From the IMG/VR virus record IMGVR_UViG_2651869695_000011: a stretch of DNA of 40,258 nucleotides; one strand, 5' to 3'. Below the pieces are notes generated by a model, which saw only the letters and a list, made by a program, of their open reading frames with translations, was not told the DNA's origin and did not search any database. The stretch comes from a virus (taxonomy: Duplodnaviria > Heunggongvirae > Uroviricota > Caudoviricetes). A program made the translations under genes and the position numbers. Shown here piece after piece: positions 8,384 to 19,303 of this stretch (the stretch's first letter is position 1; each line of letters starts with the position of its first letter).

Positions 8384-8395
8384 GTGACATGTCAC
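8384..8395. repeat. 12-bp perfect palindrome GTGACATGTCAC (copy 1 of 3)
   Basis: Exact 12-mer between convergent terminators at the moron/virion boundary. Confidence 0.6.
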
Positions 8396-8396
8396 G

Positions 8397-8957
8397 CTAC
8401 ATTGATATATGATTCATAAAGTAGCTTAAAGATTTACTTCCCAGAAAAGAAATTTCTTTTCCTGGATATGTCGCAATAATTGAGCATGACTTATCCCCGT
8501 TAGAGGTAACAAATCCTGAATAACCTACTTGTTCTTTACCATTTTGTTGCTTGGCTAAAAAGTAGAGGTAGCTTATCTTTTTGCCCTCTGGGTAAAACTC
8601 TGCCAAACCAGTATCGGTGATTGAATATTTTATTCTCCCGCCTTGAGTAACGTTTTCCATCTCAAGTTTAGCTATGTCTTTTCTGTTGTATTCAGCATTG
8701 ATTTTCCTTTCGAAATCAATGTTGTTTTCAAATGAGTAGGAAGCAACAGTCTGAATAGATGGGAACACGTTTATCTGGATGCCTCCACAGTCGGCACAGG
8801 TATAAAGGTATGAATCAGATGGAATCCCCATAAAAGAAAACTGAGTTACCTTAAATTTATCGTTATCTCCAAAGTATTGAAGTTCGCATTTAACATTTTG
8901 CCCTGCAAAAGAAAATGCAGACATCAATATTGAAACAAAAAATATAATTGCCTTCAT
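8397..8957 (-). CDS. Secreted protein (cleavable signal peptide), function unknown; last gene of virion operon
   Basis: N-terminus MKAIIFFVSILMSAFSFA|GQ; start 2 nt after stop of upstream 850-aa virion gene; markedly AT-rich. Confidence 0.55.
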   Translation of the reverse strand: MKAIIFFVSILMSAFSFAGQNVKCELQYFGDNDKFKVTQFSFMGIPSDSYLYTCADCGGIQINVFPSIQTVASYSFENNIDFERKINAEYNRKDIAKLEMENVTQGGRIKYSITDTGLAEFYPEGKKISYLYFLAKQQNGKEQVGYSGFVTSNGDKSCSIIATYPGKEISFLGSKSLSYFMNHISM

Positions 8958-8959
8958 TA

Positions 8960-11512
8960 TTATTTACCTAGCATGAACTGCGATGGTGGGATCAGAAAGT
9001 CGTTACCCTGCTCACGCTCAACACGGCGCTGATAACGCTCAAGAGAGCCTGGGTCAAGGGCATCTTGTATCCGGTTCAATATTAAACCATTCATCGCCGT
9101 ACGAAGCCAGAACACGTTGAGGAATGGCGTATTGTCAAGTGCCGTGCGATACCAGTCACCCAAATCTGCATCCCCTCTCGTGGTCTGCTGGAGCAGCGTG
9201 ATAATGCTGTCAGCGTTCGATGCTGCTGGCCCCATTAGCGACGTAACCGGCCCGGCCCCCATGCGGTTGACCTCGCCAAACATGAAGTCACCCAAGATGC
9301 CAAGACCGCCCCCCTGAGATGCGGCTGCGAGAAACGTCTTGGCATCTGCCGGGCGTGGTGTTTGCCCTTTCAGCATGAGTTTTGACTGCATGGAGATATA
9401 ACCAAACATAGTCGCCCAGACAAAGAGGTTTGCAGCACCAAGGAAAGCCCCCTTCCCGTTACGTAGCAGCGCATTCGTCAGCGATCCGGTTTTCGACTCA
9501 CCAAGCCCAGCAGGAATATAACCACGCCCGAATACTTCGCGTCCTAGTACGTTCTGCATGAAGCTTGCAGTGAACGATTTGTACTGACCAGCGAATCGTA
9601 TTGCTTCCCCAGCCACCGTTCCTGGCACCGTGCCCATCTTCATAAACGCCTGCGTGCGATCGCCAGGCTCTGACATGGCGATATTCAGGCGGTCAAGGAT
9701 GTAGCCGCGCAACTGCCCTTCCAATTGATCGCGTGCGTCAGCGATAGCGCGCTGCGTTGGTTTGATCCCCTTACTCTCTACATAACCGGCAATCACTTCG
9801 TCAGGCACGCCGCGGATGCCGCTGGTCGTCATGAACTTACGACCTTCGCTATCGGCCATGTCCATGTTGCGAAAAATTTCCCACTCACGTTCGCCAATAC
9901 CGTGCAGATCCAGCACGCGTCGCAGGTCTTCCGGTAGCCGCGCATGAGACTGGTCAGCATTCTTTGCAAGCCAGTTGGTTATCATCATGGCGTTGCTGTT
10001 GCGACCGCTCTCGGTCCAGAAGTTCATGAGGTTGTACTTAAAGAAAAGCTGCTGCGCGCGACCAAGCTTTCCATTCAGCGTGTCATCACCAGATATGCGC
10101 CGGATGATTTCCTGCGTCATGGAGTCGGAATAAACTCCGATAGAGGAAAGGATCTCTTTCTGCTCCGCGCTGTTGTAACGCGTGAAGCGGCCTCTCATAG
10201 CACCAAGCAACGCCTGCATAAAATTCTGCCCTTGGTAGCGCATCTCGGTAGCGGCGATAGGCACGTCGTTAAACGATGAGATTACCGCACCACCAAGTTG
10301 GCTCATACGCAACCAGCCGCGTACAGCCGCCGACGCATTGGCCCAGCCTACGCTGCCAGGAATATTTAGCGAGCCGTCAACCTGCGGCATTACGGTACGG
10401 TTAATGCGACGCACCTTCGTCATGTAGTCAGCCAACGCTGCCGGTCTTCCGGATTTGCTGATATCTTCAGCAATGGCGTCCGTCAGGTACTTAAACATGT
10501 TCTGTGGGTTAGTGCCCAGTACGCGCATCATGCCCGTTGTGCGGGCAGCGCTGTTTAAGCCACCAAACAGCGCTTCTCGCAGGCTGCCGGTGCCGAATTG
10601 CTGGTTGTACTCGTGCCACGAGATACCATCTTTGAAGTGCAAAATTCGCTCTTGGCTGGCGCGTTTAGCTGCGTTCGCCGATCCCTTAAAGCCATTCATC
10701 CAATCGGGCTTTTCAGATGTAAGATGCACGCCGGAAGCCAGCCCGTTATAAATGTTACGCATGAACTGCTCGCGGTCAGCCACGCCGTCAAAAGTGCGCT
10801 CATCAAGGCGCGGGAGAATAGCATTTCGCCATGCTTCATAACCTGCGGCGCGGATCTTCATGATGTCGTGTGACTGGCGAACTATATAGCCCGGCTCTTT
10901 GCGTATCCATGCCCCGGCGCGGTTCTCATCAATGCGCGCAGTTTCCTGCCATTTCATGATGATTTGTGCAGCGCTTACGGATTGCTTTGTCATACCGTCA
11001 GTTGACTGCCCGCGCCCTATGCGCCACATTGCATCGGCAATTTCCCGGTCATTGCTGCCGCTGGCGATGAATTGCACCAGTCCGGCACGGTCAAAATCGT
11101 AGTTGATACCGGAATGATACTTGCCGCGCAGTTGCGCCACCTCCGAAGATACCGACCGGCGGGCGCCGGTACGCGCATCGTTGCGGCCAACCAGCATTGC
11201 TTCAAGCCCGATATCCGGGCGGTCTTTCCAGATAGTACGAAGCTCTCTAAGTCGTTGTGCGGCAATACGGGCGTTGATTGCCTTATTGCGAGCCTCAATC
11301 TGTTTTGCCAGCATATCGGCATTGCTCAGTTCTTCCGCTGCGCGCATCGCGGCCTCTTCCAGAGACAGCGCCTCATTGGTCGCCAGAATTCGCCTAGTGG
11401 TGTCGTTCATGTCACGCACCAGCGACTCCATCTCATCGGAAGAAAGCTCGCGACCAGCGGCAGCATTTACACTGCGCTCGCACTGCGTCAAAAATTCGTT
11501 TGCTGCCATCAC
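8960..11512 (-). CDS. Large internal virion (ejection/core) protein
   Basis: 850 aa, in block of large proteins between tail tube and tailspike as in T7 gp15/gp16 region; call by position and size. Confidence 0.5.
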   Translation of the reverse strand: MMAANEFLTQCERSVNAAAGRELSSDEMESLVRDMNDTTRRILATNEALSLEEAAMRAAEELSNADMLAKQIEARNKAINARIAAQRLRELRTIWKDRPDIGLEAMLVGRNDARTGARRSVSSEVAQLRGKYHSGINYDFDRAGLVQFIASGSNDREIADAMWRIGRGQSTDGMTKQSVSAAQIIMKWQETARIDENRAGAWIRKEPGYIVRQSHDIMKIRAAGYEAWRNAILPRLDERTFDGVADREQFMRNIYNGLASGVHLTSEKPDWMNGFKGSANAAKRASQERILHFKDGISWHEYNQQFGTGSLREALFGGLNSAARTTGMMRVLGTNPQNMFKYLTDAIAEDISKSGRPAALADYMTKVRRINRTVMPQVDGSLNIPGSVGWANASAAVRGWLRMSQLGGAVISSFNDVPIAATEMRYQGQNFMQALLGAMRGRFTRYNSAEQKEILSSIGVYSDSMTQEIIRRISGDDTLNGKLGRAQQLFFKYNLMNFWTESGRNSNAMMITNWLAKNADQSHARLPEDLRRVLDLHGIGEREWEIFRNMDMADSEGRKFMTTSGIRGVPDEVIAGYVESKGIKPTQRAIADARDQLEGQLRGYILDRLNIAMSEPGDRTQAFMKMGTVPGTVAGEAIRFAGQYKSFTASFMQNVLGREVFGRGYIPAGLGESKTGSLTNALLRNGKGAFLGAANLFVWATMFGYISMQSKLMLKGQTPRPADAKTFLAAASQGGGLGILGDFMFGEVNRMGAGPVTSLMGPAASNADSIITLLQQTTRGDADLGDWYRTALDNTPFLNVFWLRTAMNGLILNRIQDALDPGSLERYQRRVEREQGNDFLIPPSQFMLGK

Positions 11513-13206
11513 ATCCCCCGGTTAATCATACAGGCGGCAAATGCCCGGAAAGCGTTGCTCATGCTATTGTCGCTGGCGTCGGCACGAATATCATTGAGTT
11601 TCTGGCGCAACGTGGTCGCAAGATCAGGGTTATCGACAGCGATATCGTCAAGCAGGGCGTTACTCAGGTTGAGCTCGTTATCAAGGTCTGCAGCGGCAGC
11701 GGTAATTTCATGATCTGCCTTTTGCGTTTCTTGATAAACCCGATCGGCTGTTTCGCTTGCTGGGCGAGCCGTTTCATCAACCTGCCGTGCCGGGTTCTGT
11801 ATGCGATGGATGGCGCGTTCACGCAGTGCCGGTTTGTGCAGTTCATAGAAGGGCTCAACATCTGGGCTACGTCCTTCCATCATGTGTGCCAGCGCAGCGC
11901 GATACGCCTGCTGGTTCACGTTCCAGTCAGCATCCCTGATGGCGCTTGCGGCAGTGCGAACTGCGCCAGCGACCGGCGACATCTGCATGCCGTCCAGGAT
12001 CTGCTGCGCACGCTCGGAAATGGTGACTTTCAGATCGTCGGGGATATCGCCGCGGGAAATCTGAGACTGGCGCCAGCGCGCCTGCTCTGCTGTCGCGTTC
12101 TGCTCCAGCGATGTGTTGATCTCCTGATTGCGTGCAGCGATGGCGTCTTTCTCGGCCTGAATCTCTTTCAGTGCCCTAGAGCGCGCATCCTTAAACTTCA
12201 TCCGCTGCCCCTGATACTTTTTGGTGCGCTGCTGCAGCGTCGCATCAAGCGAGTCAGCATGACGTTGATTAGCCGCAAGCTCGGCACGCAGGTCGGCAAC
12301 GTTACCGATCTGCCCGCTCTGTAACTCCTGCTGGCGCGCCATATAGTCAGGAACCACGTCGTCATAAGCCCGGCTGTATGCGTAGCTCTCCGCTTCACTG
12401 GAAATGGCCGCCGCCAGATCTGCGTTAGCGCCAACCTCAGGGATATTCACGCCCGCCGGAATGTTGTCAGGCGTTATCACCGGGGTTGGCTGCGCATCGC
12501 CAGAAAACGCCGGGGACTCTCCCGTTGCAGCATCGGGAACGCGACGCGGTCGCACGATATCGGCGATAAGGCCGCCGCCGGCATGCATTAGACCGCCAGC
12601 CATCGTGTTAAAGAAAGTACTTTCCAACGCGTTGCTATAGGTGAAGTCGTCACCTTCCGCCGCCGCTGCCAGCCCGGTAAGCGGCACGGTCACCACCGCC
12701 TGCGCTGCCCCCATGCGTGCACCAGCAACAAATCGCTCGCCAAATCGGCCAAGCACAGAAGCCGCCTTTGCTTCTCCAGCGAACGGAACCAGCGCCAGCG
12801 CCACGTTACCAGGATCTGCCATTGAACCAGCTAGGCTGGCTGCGAAATTAAGCGGCGTGGCTACCCACCCGCTCGGTGCCGACATCGCGATCTGCTGGCG
12901 TGCCAGAGAATCTTTGCGTTCGGCAATAACATGATCGAGAAAAGCCTGCGTAACGCCAGAATCTGGCACGTTTATGCTCTTTACGCCGTACTGCTTCAGG
13001 AGCTCATCCGCTTCCTGCTTACTGATAACTGTAGAGTTTGGGTCATTCGCCAGCGAGTCGGCCTGCGCAAAGCGGTAGCCGGACATGACCGGCCCCTCTT
13101 CAAATCCCTGCTTAAGGGAAGAAAGCAGCGATTCGCCAAGCCCTGCTGGCGCGTTGCCAATTGGCTGGTTAATTCCCTGTCCCGGATCATCTGTGTAAAT
13201 TGGCAT
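11509..13206 (-). CDS. Internal virion protein (coiled-coil rich)
   Basis: 565 aa, overlapping stop/start with neighbours, long Ala/Gln/Glu-rich helical segments; position-based call. Confidence 0.5.
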   Translation of the reverse strand: MPIYTDDPGQGINQPIGNAPAGLGESLLSSLKQGFEEGPVMSGYRFAQADSLANDPNSTVISKQEADELLKQYGVKSINVPDSGVTQAFLDHVIAERKDSLARQQIAMSAPSGWVATPLNFAASLAGSMADPGNVALALVPFAGEAKAASVLGRFGERFVAGARMGAAQAVVTVPLTGLAAAAEGDDFTYSNALESTFFNTMAGGLMHAGGGLIADIVRPRRVPDAATGESPAFSGDAQPTPVITPDNIPAGVNIPEVGANADLAAAISSEAESYAYSRAYDDVVPDYMARQQELQSGQIGNVADLRAELAANQRHADSLDATLQQRTKKYQGQRMKFKDARSRALKEIQAEKDAIAARNQEINTSLEQNATAEQARWRQSQISRGDIPDDLKVTISERAQQILDGMQMSPVAGAVRTAASAIRDADWNVNQQAYRAALAHMMEGRSPDVEPFYELHKPALRERAIHRIQNPARQVDETARPASETADRVYQETQKADHEITAAAADLDNELNLSNALLDDIAVDNPDLATTLRQKLNDIRADASDNSMSNAFRAFAACMINRGM

Positions 13207-13207
13207 G

Positions 13208-15829
13208 TTATCGTCCTGATTGCTGGCCGTTCTGGAAAATGTTAATCAGGTTGTCGCGCTGACTTTCTGCGCTGTATTCCTTAGACTGTCCGGGAGTATA
13301 TTTCACCGGAGTATCAATGAACTTGGTAATGCTGTTCCATACTGATCGGTTGGTTGTTCCCAGTTTCGCCAGATCGTTGAACGGCACCGTAATCGGGTTG
13401 CCGTCGGCACCGTTGACGATCAGCCCGTTGAGCATCAGGGTAAGTCCTGTTTCGTCGCTGTTGGTAACCCACTGCGCATTATCACGAATGCGGGAGATAC
13501 TCTGCTCACGGTTGACCTCATCAGGTAGCCTTGGGTCACCAATAAGCGGCATAATCTGATCTGCTGACAGGTTTTTCAGATACGCATTGGCACCATCGTT
13601 AACGTCACGAATATCTATCCCTGCACGCTTAGGTAGCCGCCAAGTGCCATTGGTCTGGTACTGCTCGCCGAGGATGTCCTGATACGCCTGTTTTGCTGCA
13701 TCAGACGCCGACATTCCGCGCTGCATGTTGATGTAAGTAAGTCGTTTTCCCTGCTCGTTGAAGTTATTCCACACGGCAGTGCCACCAGGCTGAACAACCA
13801 TCGTGCCAGCAAAATCTTTCGATTGGTCATTCCATGACGAGTCGGCGCTATCCGCGTCGGTTTTCTCAAGACTGCCGCGTAAGTCAGCAGTTTTAACGCT
13901 ACGGTTTTGCCAGAGCGCATTTGCCGCGCGCGGGTTCTCGGTAGCCATGACAACCTGCAACGCAGGATAAGCGCTCTTCTGAACCTGCTGCATCACCTGA
14001 TCCGAGTATTTGCCGAACGACTGCGCCACCGACTGAATGGCCTTTACGCTAGATTCCTGCGTGTTGTCAATACGCTGCAGTACATCATTGACCATGGACT
14101 CCGGTAAAACTTTTTTGCTCATTATCCCCAGGCGGTCTTTTTCAGACTGTATTCGGGAAACTAGGTATTCACCAGATGAAGGGTCATTCAGGTACTGCTG
14201 GAATGCAGCCTGCACAACCGGAGAGTTTTGTTGCAGCCATGCCCCCGGATCCGCTTCCCGCGCCTTCAGTACCTGCCCAAGCTTGACCTTTGCCGATGCA
14301 TAAAGCTCTGCTTTGTATTTAAAGTCAGGGTCGTTTTCCTGCGGTGCCATTGCCTGCACGGCGGCGGTACCCTGCTGGACGTTGCCCTGCATAATGGTCT
14401 GATAAACAGGTTGTAGCGTCATTGCCTGCTGGTATTGCTGGAAGGTTTTTTCCATCTGCAGGCGCTCGGCAGGCGCTGCCTGAAGCGGCATAACGGCGGC
14501 CCATTCGTGCGCTGAAATAGGCGTCACCTGCTTACCGGCCTCAATTTTGGATAGGTCGTCCTGCATTCGACTCTGTAGCGCAACGCGACCGGCTGAAGCC
14601 TGCATGTCGTACATGCCAGCAACCTTGCTCATCATCTGCGACTTTTTGTCCGGACTCATGGCGTTCCAGAATGGCTGTGCGATGAGGTTTTCCATCGTCG
14701 CAGATCCAGGAATAGCTCCAGCACTGCCAGTTACTTTTGCCACATAATTGCGCGTCTCGTCGTATGGGATAGCTGCGGCAAACTGGGCGTTACTGACTTC
14801 GCCTGTGCGCGGGTCGCCAATCTGTTTAATCCAGCCGTCAACCTTTCCTGGGCCAGCGTTATAGGCAGCTACTGCCAGAACCGGGTTATTGTCGTATTTC
14901 TTCATCTGCGCGCCGAAATAAGCTTGCCCCAAGCGGGCATTATAGCGCGGGTCATTCAACCATTTATCGCGGTCCCACGGCACGCCAGCAAGGCGGGCAG
15001 CTTCGGGGCCAGTATCTTCCGTCACCTGCGCTACGCCAACAGCGCCTTTTGGCGACACCAGAGGTGTTCCGTCCTTTCCGTACTGATTTCCGCCACTCTC
15101 CTGCCAGATTATTGCAGAGAATAACTGCGCCTCACTCGGTGTATCGGTTACCTCAATCTTGCCGTTCGGACCCATCATCTGTTGATACATCGGCACATAC
15201 CACGCCTCCGCCGCACCGTTCGCGGCATTCTCGCGCCACGAAACCCAGTTCTGTTCGATCTCTTCCTGACTCTGGCCGTGGGCTTCGCCGTAAGCGATGA
15301 TGCTATGATATGCCTTCAATCCTGCCTGGTTTGCCATTGTCGGGTTACGGAACTGCATCGATAGGTTTTTTAGTGTCGCATCCTGCATATCCGCCTCATA
15401 CTGGCGAACCTGTCCTATTTCGTACCTCCCGGCCTGCGTAGTGAACTGAATGCGCTGCTGCTGCGCCTGCTGCATGAAAGCATTACGAGCCTGTTCATCC
15501 GGCAGCGACATAGCCAGTTGCTCGACCTGGGCATCAAACTGCTGCGTATACTCCTGACCTTTTCCAATAGCATTTTTCCCTTTCAGGTTAAGCAATCCTG
15601 TTTCAGGATTATTCAGCAGATCGCTGCTTATCTGACTGAGGTTAAGAGATGCCTCCTGAGCCAGAGCGATATTGGCACGCTGTTTTGCCTGCCCCAAAAC
15701 ATCAATTGCCTCTGTCCCTGCCCGAACAAAAGCATCACCAATACCTTGCTGAGAAAACGTCTGCAAGCCTGCTGACTGAACTCCACGACTCTCAACCTGA
15801 CGTCCGGATACTGTTGGTACGACTGGCAT
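13208..15829 (-). CDS. Internal virion protein with lytic transglycosylase (SLT) domain
   Basis: Motifs IIWQESGGNQ...AVGVAQV...AAYNAGPGKV characteristic of family-1 lytic transglycosylases; start set at internal ATG 15827-15829 (SD GGAGG, TAATG overlap with upstream gene). Confidence 0.8.
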   Translation of the reverse strand: MPVVPTVSGRQVESRGVQSAGLQTFSQQGIGDAFVRAGTEAIDVLGQAKQRANIALAQEASLNLSQISSDLLNNPETGLLNLKGKNAIGKGQEYTQQFDAQVEQLAMSLPDEQARNAFMQQAQQQRIQFTTQAGRYEIGQVRQYEADMQDATLKNLSMQFRNPTMANQAGLKAYHSIIAYGEAHGQSQEEIEQNWVSWRENAANGAAEAWYVPMYQQMMGPNGKIEVTDTPSEAQLFSAIIWQESGGNQYGKDGTPLVSPKGAVGVAQVTEDTGPEAARLAGVPWDRDKWLNDPRYNARLGQAYFGAQMKKYDNNPVLAVAAYNAGPGKVDGWIKQIGDPRTGEVSNAQFAAAIPYDETRNYVAKVTGSAGAIPGSATMENLIAQPFWNAMSPDKKSQMMSKVAGMYDMQASAGRVALQSRMQDDLSKIEAGKQVTPISAHEWAAVMPLQAAPAERLQMEKTFQQYQQAMTLQPVYQTIMQGNVQQGTAAVQAMAPQENDPDFKYKAELYASAKVKLGQVLKAREADPGAWLQQNSPVVQAAFQQYLNDPSSGEYLVSRIQSEKDRLGIMSKKVLPESMVNDVLQRIDNTQESSVKAIQSVAQSFGKYSDQVMQQVQKSAYPALQVVMATENPRAANALWQNRSVKTADLRGSLEKTDADSADSSWNDQSKDFAGTMVVQPGGTAVWNNFNEQGKRLTYINMQRGMSASDAAKQAYQDILGEQYQTNGTWRLPKRAGIDIRDVNDGANAYLKNLSADQIMPLIGDPRLPDEVNREQSISRIRDNAQWVTNSDETGLTLMLNGLIVNGADGNPITVPFNDLAKLGTTNRSVWNSITKFIDTPVKYTPGQSKEYSAESQRDNLINIFQNGQQSGR

Positions 15830-16374
15830 TATAATCCTCCGGGTAATCTGGTTCCTGCTGCTGCCCCGATTGGCGCAGGAGTGCTTTGAGTAAACGGACT
15901 CCACGTCCCACCAAACATCTGGTACGCACCGTATGCCTTCAGAGGCGCAGTGAGCAATGTTGTTGCTGCTCCCACATTCCCCTGTTTACGGGCTGAACTG
16001 GCTTCTGCTTTATAGTTGGCAGCCTGAACCTGATAACCGTAAGCCTCGCGTTGCGCGTTATTCACCGTCGTCAGCGAATCAAGAGCGCCAAACTGGGCAG
16101 TGTCGCCAAATATATCCAGCGCGTTACCTGTAGATAAATCAGAGCCGGTAGCCCCCATTGTCGCCGCCTGTGTACCAAGCCGCTGTCGGGTCTCTCTGCG
16201 CCGTTGCTCAGCTTCAGCGTTACCCCTGTTTATTGCATCATTTGCCTGAGCTGTGGCTATATCTGCGTTCGCTTCTGCAACCTTCGAGGCATACTTTCCC
16301 TGTTGGTACTGGGTGTATGCCTGAATGCCACTCATGGCGAGCATTGCGCCACCAGCAATAACCGGATCGCACAT
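15829..16374 (-). CDS. Small internal virion protein (T7 gp14-like by size/position)
   Basis: 181 aa, Ala/Gly/Gln-rich, between gp13-position gene and large internal proteins. Confidence 0.4.
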   Translation of the reverse strand: MCDPVIAGGAMLAMSGIQAYTQYQQGKYASKVAEANADIATAQANDAINRGNAEAEQRRRETRQRLGTQAATMGATGSDLSTGNALDIFGDTAQFGALDSLTTVNNAQREAYGYQVQAANYKAEASSARKQGNVGAATTLLTAPLKAYGAYQMFGGTWSPFTQSTPAPIGAAAGTRLPGGL

Positions 16375-16838
16375 TATTTTCTCTCCATGTGAAATCTGTG
16401 GAAATTAAGACCAAGTGCACCATAAGGCGCGGCTTCTTCAAGCCTGAATCCAAGCCAGTGCAGCCATGCTTTGGCAACATGGTTTCGCTCATCGACATAG
16501 TTTTCCAGGCGCGGATAAACTGCCAGCATCTGCTGCAATACAGGGCGGCAGTGGCGCAGAAATGTCTTCTGATATTTTTCAATACGGCTGGTCCCGACCA
16601 GCCAGGGCGTACCATTGCCACCGATCATTGACGCCGGAGATACACCAAACATGGTTACCAGTTCTCCGTTTGCGAACCCTGACCAGGCCATAGTCGCAGT
16701 GCGAAGACCAACACGCAGCGCATCTTCGGTAGTCATCAGCGATACCGCATACAGTTCGTCAATATCAGCCTGACGAACATCCGGCAAAATCATCTGAAGA
16801 TGCTCTTCGGTGGCGGGAATAATTCGAACATCGATCAT
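16374..16838 (-). CDS. Virion assembly/internal protein (T7 gp13-like by position)
   Basis: 154 aa directly downstream of the gp12-like gene with 1-nt stop/start overlap. Confidence 0.35.
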   Translation of the reverse strand: MIDVRIIPATEEHLQMILPDVRQADIDELYAVSLMTTEDALRVGLRTATMAWSGFANGELVTMFGVSPASMIGGNGTPWLVGTSRIEKYQKTFLRHCRPVLQQMLAVYPRLENYVDERNHVAKAWLHWLGFRLEEAAPYGALGLNFHRFHMERK

Positions 16839-19303
16839 CAGAATCCCCCAACAGTAAGACGAGGAGTAACGGCAAGAACAGACAGCGGCAACGGGTCAAG
16901 CTGACGGATTCTTACACGTCCGTTTTTGCCCCAGTTACTGTCCAGTTTCACTTCTACTTTTCCGGTAGCGTCATCAACAGGATCATCGTAGAACTCGAAT
17001 TCACGCTGTGGATATTCGTACCATTTACCGCCGGGCGTAGTCGCCCAGATGCCGCGACTGGCATTCACAACCAGAGTAACGGACGGGATCACCTGTTTTT
17101 TGTCCAGCAGCGTTTCCTGTCCGTTAATGTTGATATCCAGTGTTTCGAATTCAGCAGTTATTGGCAGGCCGATGTGCACTACAGCCCCCGGAGATTCCAG
17201 CGTGACGGCACCTCCGGAAACAACTTTCTGTGGTTCCACGTTCGCATCAGAGAGAATGTTTACGGTCTGGCCTTCAAGATGAGACAGTCCTCCAAATGTC
17301 CGGCGCGCCATCTGCCAGTTCGTGGTGGCCACATTCCTGAGGGATGATGGGACGTTCCTGTTAGGGCGAACCACTACAGCGGTATTGCTGGTTACAGAAA
17401 TAATGTCGCAACGTAATTCTTTTGACACTTCATCGCCAGGATCAGTTCCGGTATAAGGGAACTGTAGTTGAGCACCGACATCACTACTGGTGAAGTACGC
17501 ACCACCAGAAACACTGATTGTATATTCCGCGCGGTAATCCCATTCGCCAGAACCACCAGTGATGATCATCGTTCTGTCAGACGTATTTCTTCCATCATAG
17601 CTAAGGCCAGAATCAACAAAGAAAGCATCTTCATCGCTGGTAAATAAACGGCTGGACAGTCGCTCGATGTATCTCACTGTTTGCCCGTTAACGGTTCGGT
17701 TAACGACGAAATACACCGCATCTTCATTGCCTTCGCTGATACTGCATGTGCTTTCATATTTTCCGGTACTGGATTGTGGTGCCCATGCAAAAACCTGCTG
17801 ATCACGCAAATAGGTCATCACCAGTAATTTACCGTCATCACGAATGCAGAAGGCGCTGGAGTAAGGGACAATCGAGAAGCACCAGTCAACAATGCTGTGC
17901 TTCTGAAAAAGATGATTGGCAAGGATGGTCAGGTCGTTCCCCTGATAGCCGTCAACATCGAATGAGTAGGCCAGATCACGGACAACGCTGCCTTTCTCCT
18001 GGACGAACAAAGCAATATTCGCCACGGCAATTGGCGGGACGTTGCTTGAGCCATTTGATCCCTGAGAGCTGAATGCAAATGATGATGGGGTTAACACTTT
18101 GTTCTGGTCGCCGGTGATGACGTACTCACCTCCGGAAGTCAGCGCCACCAGCGAACCAACATCAATCAGGTGACGGATCTCATTAACCTGACGCCCGGCA
18201 TAGGTGTAGATAATTCTGTCATCATCCTGCGTAGGATTGCTTTTGCCAAAATCCTTATAATCCCCAGTACGGCTGGCCCAGATAGTCTGAGGGAACGCAG
18301 TCGATGCGGCGAAGTAAAGACGTTGTTGATAATAAACAACAGTGCCAGGATAACCATTAACACTGTTCCAGGCATATTTAGCCCATTTATAGCTGGCATT
18401 ATCCTCGCCAACTACCTGCGAAGGGATATAGGAAATCACCTCGGCAGTTGCAGTAGTTCCATTTGCAGCAGTGATACGGGCAATGCCAAAACCACTGTGC
18501 AGATATTCCCACTCAATGCCAGTATCATCATCACCGGATCCGCCCCAGCCATCCCATGATGTGCCTTCTGTATGCGAAGGGCGCAAAGTACCTGTTTTGC
18601 CTGCTGTAACGGCGCGATAGTAGTTACTGTCTGCACGGCGAATATCGCCAATCGACGTACTCTTACTGGTTTCCCATACCGGCACAGAATCCACTGCAGG
18701 CTGTTCCAGATAGAACAATTTGCCTACCTGCTCCGCGCCAAAAATAGAGGCGCTTGCCGTTAACGTAATTGTCCCGGTGCTGGCGCTGGCATAAACCGTC
18801 ACTGACTCGTCAATATTGATATCTTCAAATGGCCCGTTCTTCGTTACCACATCAACCAGTTGCCAGTTGTCATGCGCATAGCGGCGCAACTCTTTCGGCG
18901 GGTATGCCGGGTGAACCAGCGTAAGCACGTCTGCGCTTTGCGTGAATTTAATTCGGAACAGATCGGCTTCAGTATATGGCGTGGCAATTTCATAAATAAC
19001 ATTGCTGCTGTTCAGCACCAACGCACCATCTTTGATAACGCGCATGTACTGGTGTCCGAACTCCAGAGCATAAGTCTGAACCGTCGAGAATTGGAACGGG
19101 ATCAGGCGGCATTTCCGATTTGGGTATTTGGCGGCACCGACAAAACGCGTACCAGGTCGATTCTCAACGCCGCCATACTGCCGCACGATAAAGTTATCGC
19201 ACTTGCGCAATGCCACCTGGTACTTCGCCATGTCGATACGACCGTACAACGACGGTCCAATCTCACCACCGGCAAAGCTGGGCTGGATCCAACTGATAGC
19301 CAT
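16838..19303 (-). CDS. Tail tubular protein B (T7 gp12-like nozzle)
   Basis: 821 aa; N-terminus MAISWIQPSFAGGEIGPSLYGRID resembles T7 gp12 N-terminus; immediately follows the gp11-like gene. Confidence 0.65.
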   Translation of the reverse strand: MAISWIQPSFAGGEIGPSLYGRIDMAKYQVALRKCDNFIVRQYGGVENRPGTRFVGAAKYPNRKCRLIPFQFSTVQTYALEFGHQYMRVIKDGALVLNSSNVIYEIATPYTEADLFRIKFTQSADVLTLVHPAYPPKELRRYAHDNWQLVDVVTKNGPFEDINIDESVTVYASASTGTITLTASASIFGAEQVGKLFYLEQPAVDSVPVWETSKSTSIGDIRRADSNYYRAVTAGKTGTLRPSHTEGTSWDGWGGSGDDDTGIEWEYLHSGFGIARITAANGTTATAEVISYIPSQVVGEDNASYKWAKYAWNSVNGYPGTVVYYQQRLYFAASTAFPQTIWASRTGDYKDFGKSNPTQDDDRIIYTYAGRQVNEIRHLIDVGSLVALTSGGEYVITGDQNKVLTPSSFAFSSQGSNGSSNVPPIAVANIALFVQEKGSVVRDLAYSFDVDGYQGNDLTILANHLFQKHSIVDWCFSIVPYSSAFCIRDDGKLLVMTYLRDQQVFAWAPQSSTGKYESTCSISEGNEDAVYFVVNRTVNGQTVRYIERLSSRLFTSDEDAFFVDSGLSYDGRNTSDRTMIITGGSGEWDYRAEYTISVSGGAYFTSSDVGAQLQFPYTGTDPGDEVSKELRCDIISVTSNTAVVVRPNRNVPSSLRNVATTNWQMARRTFGGLSHLEGQTVNILSDANVEPQKVVSGGAVTLESPGAVVHIGLPITAEFETLDININGQETLLDKKQVIPSVTLVVNASRGIWATTPGGKWYEYPQREFEFYDDPVDDATGKVEVKLDSNWGKNGRVRIRQLDPLPLSVLAVTPRLTVGGF

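Noticed and set aside
8384-8395. GTGACATGTCAC as a CRP site
   Set aside because: Half-site spacing is 4 not 6 nt (TGTGA-N4-TCAC); does not match TGTGA-N6-TCACA.
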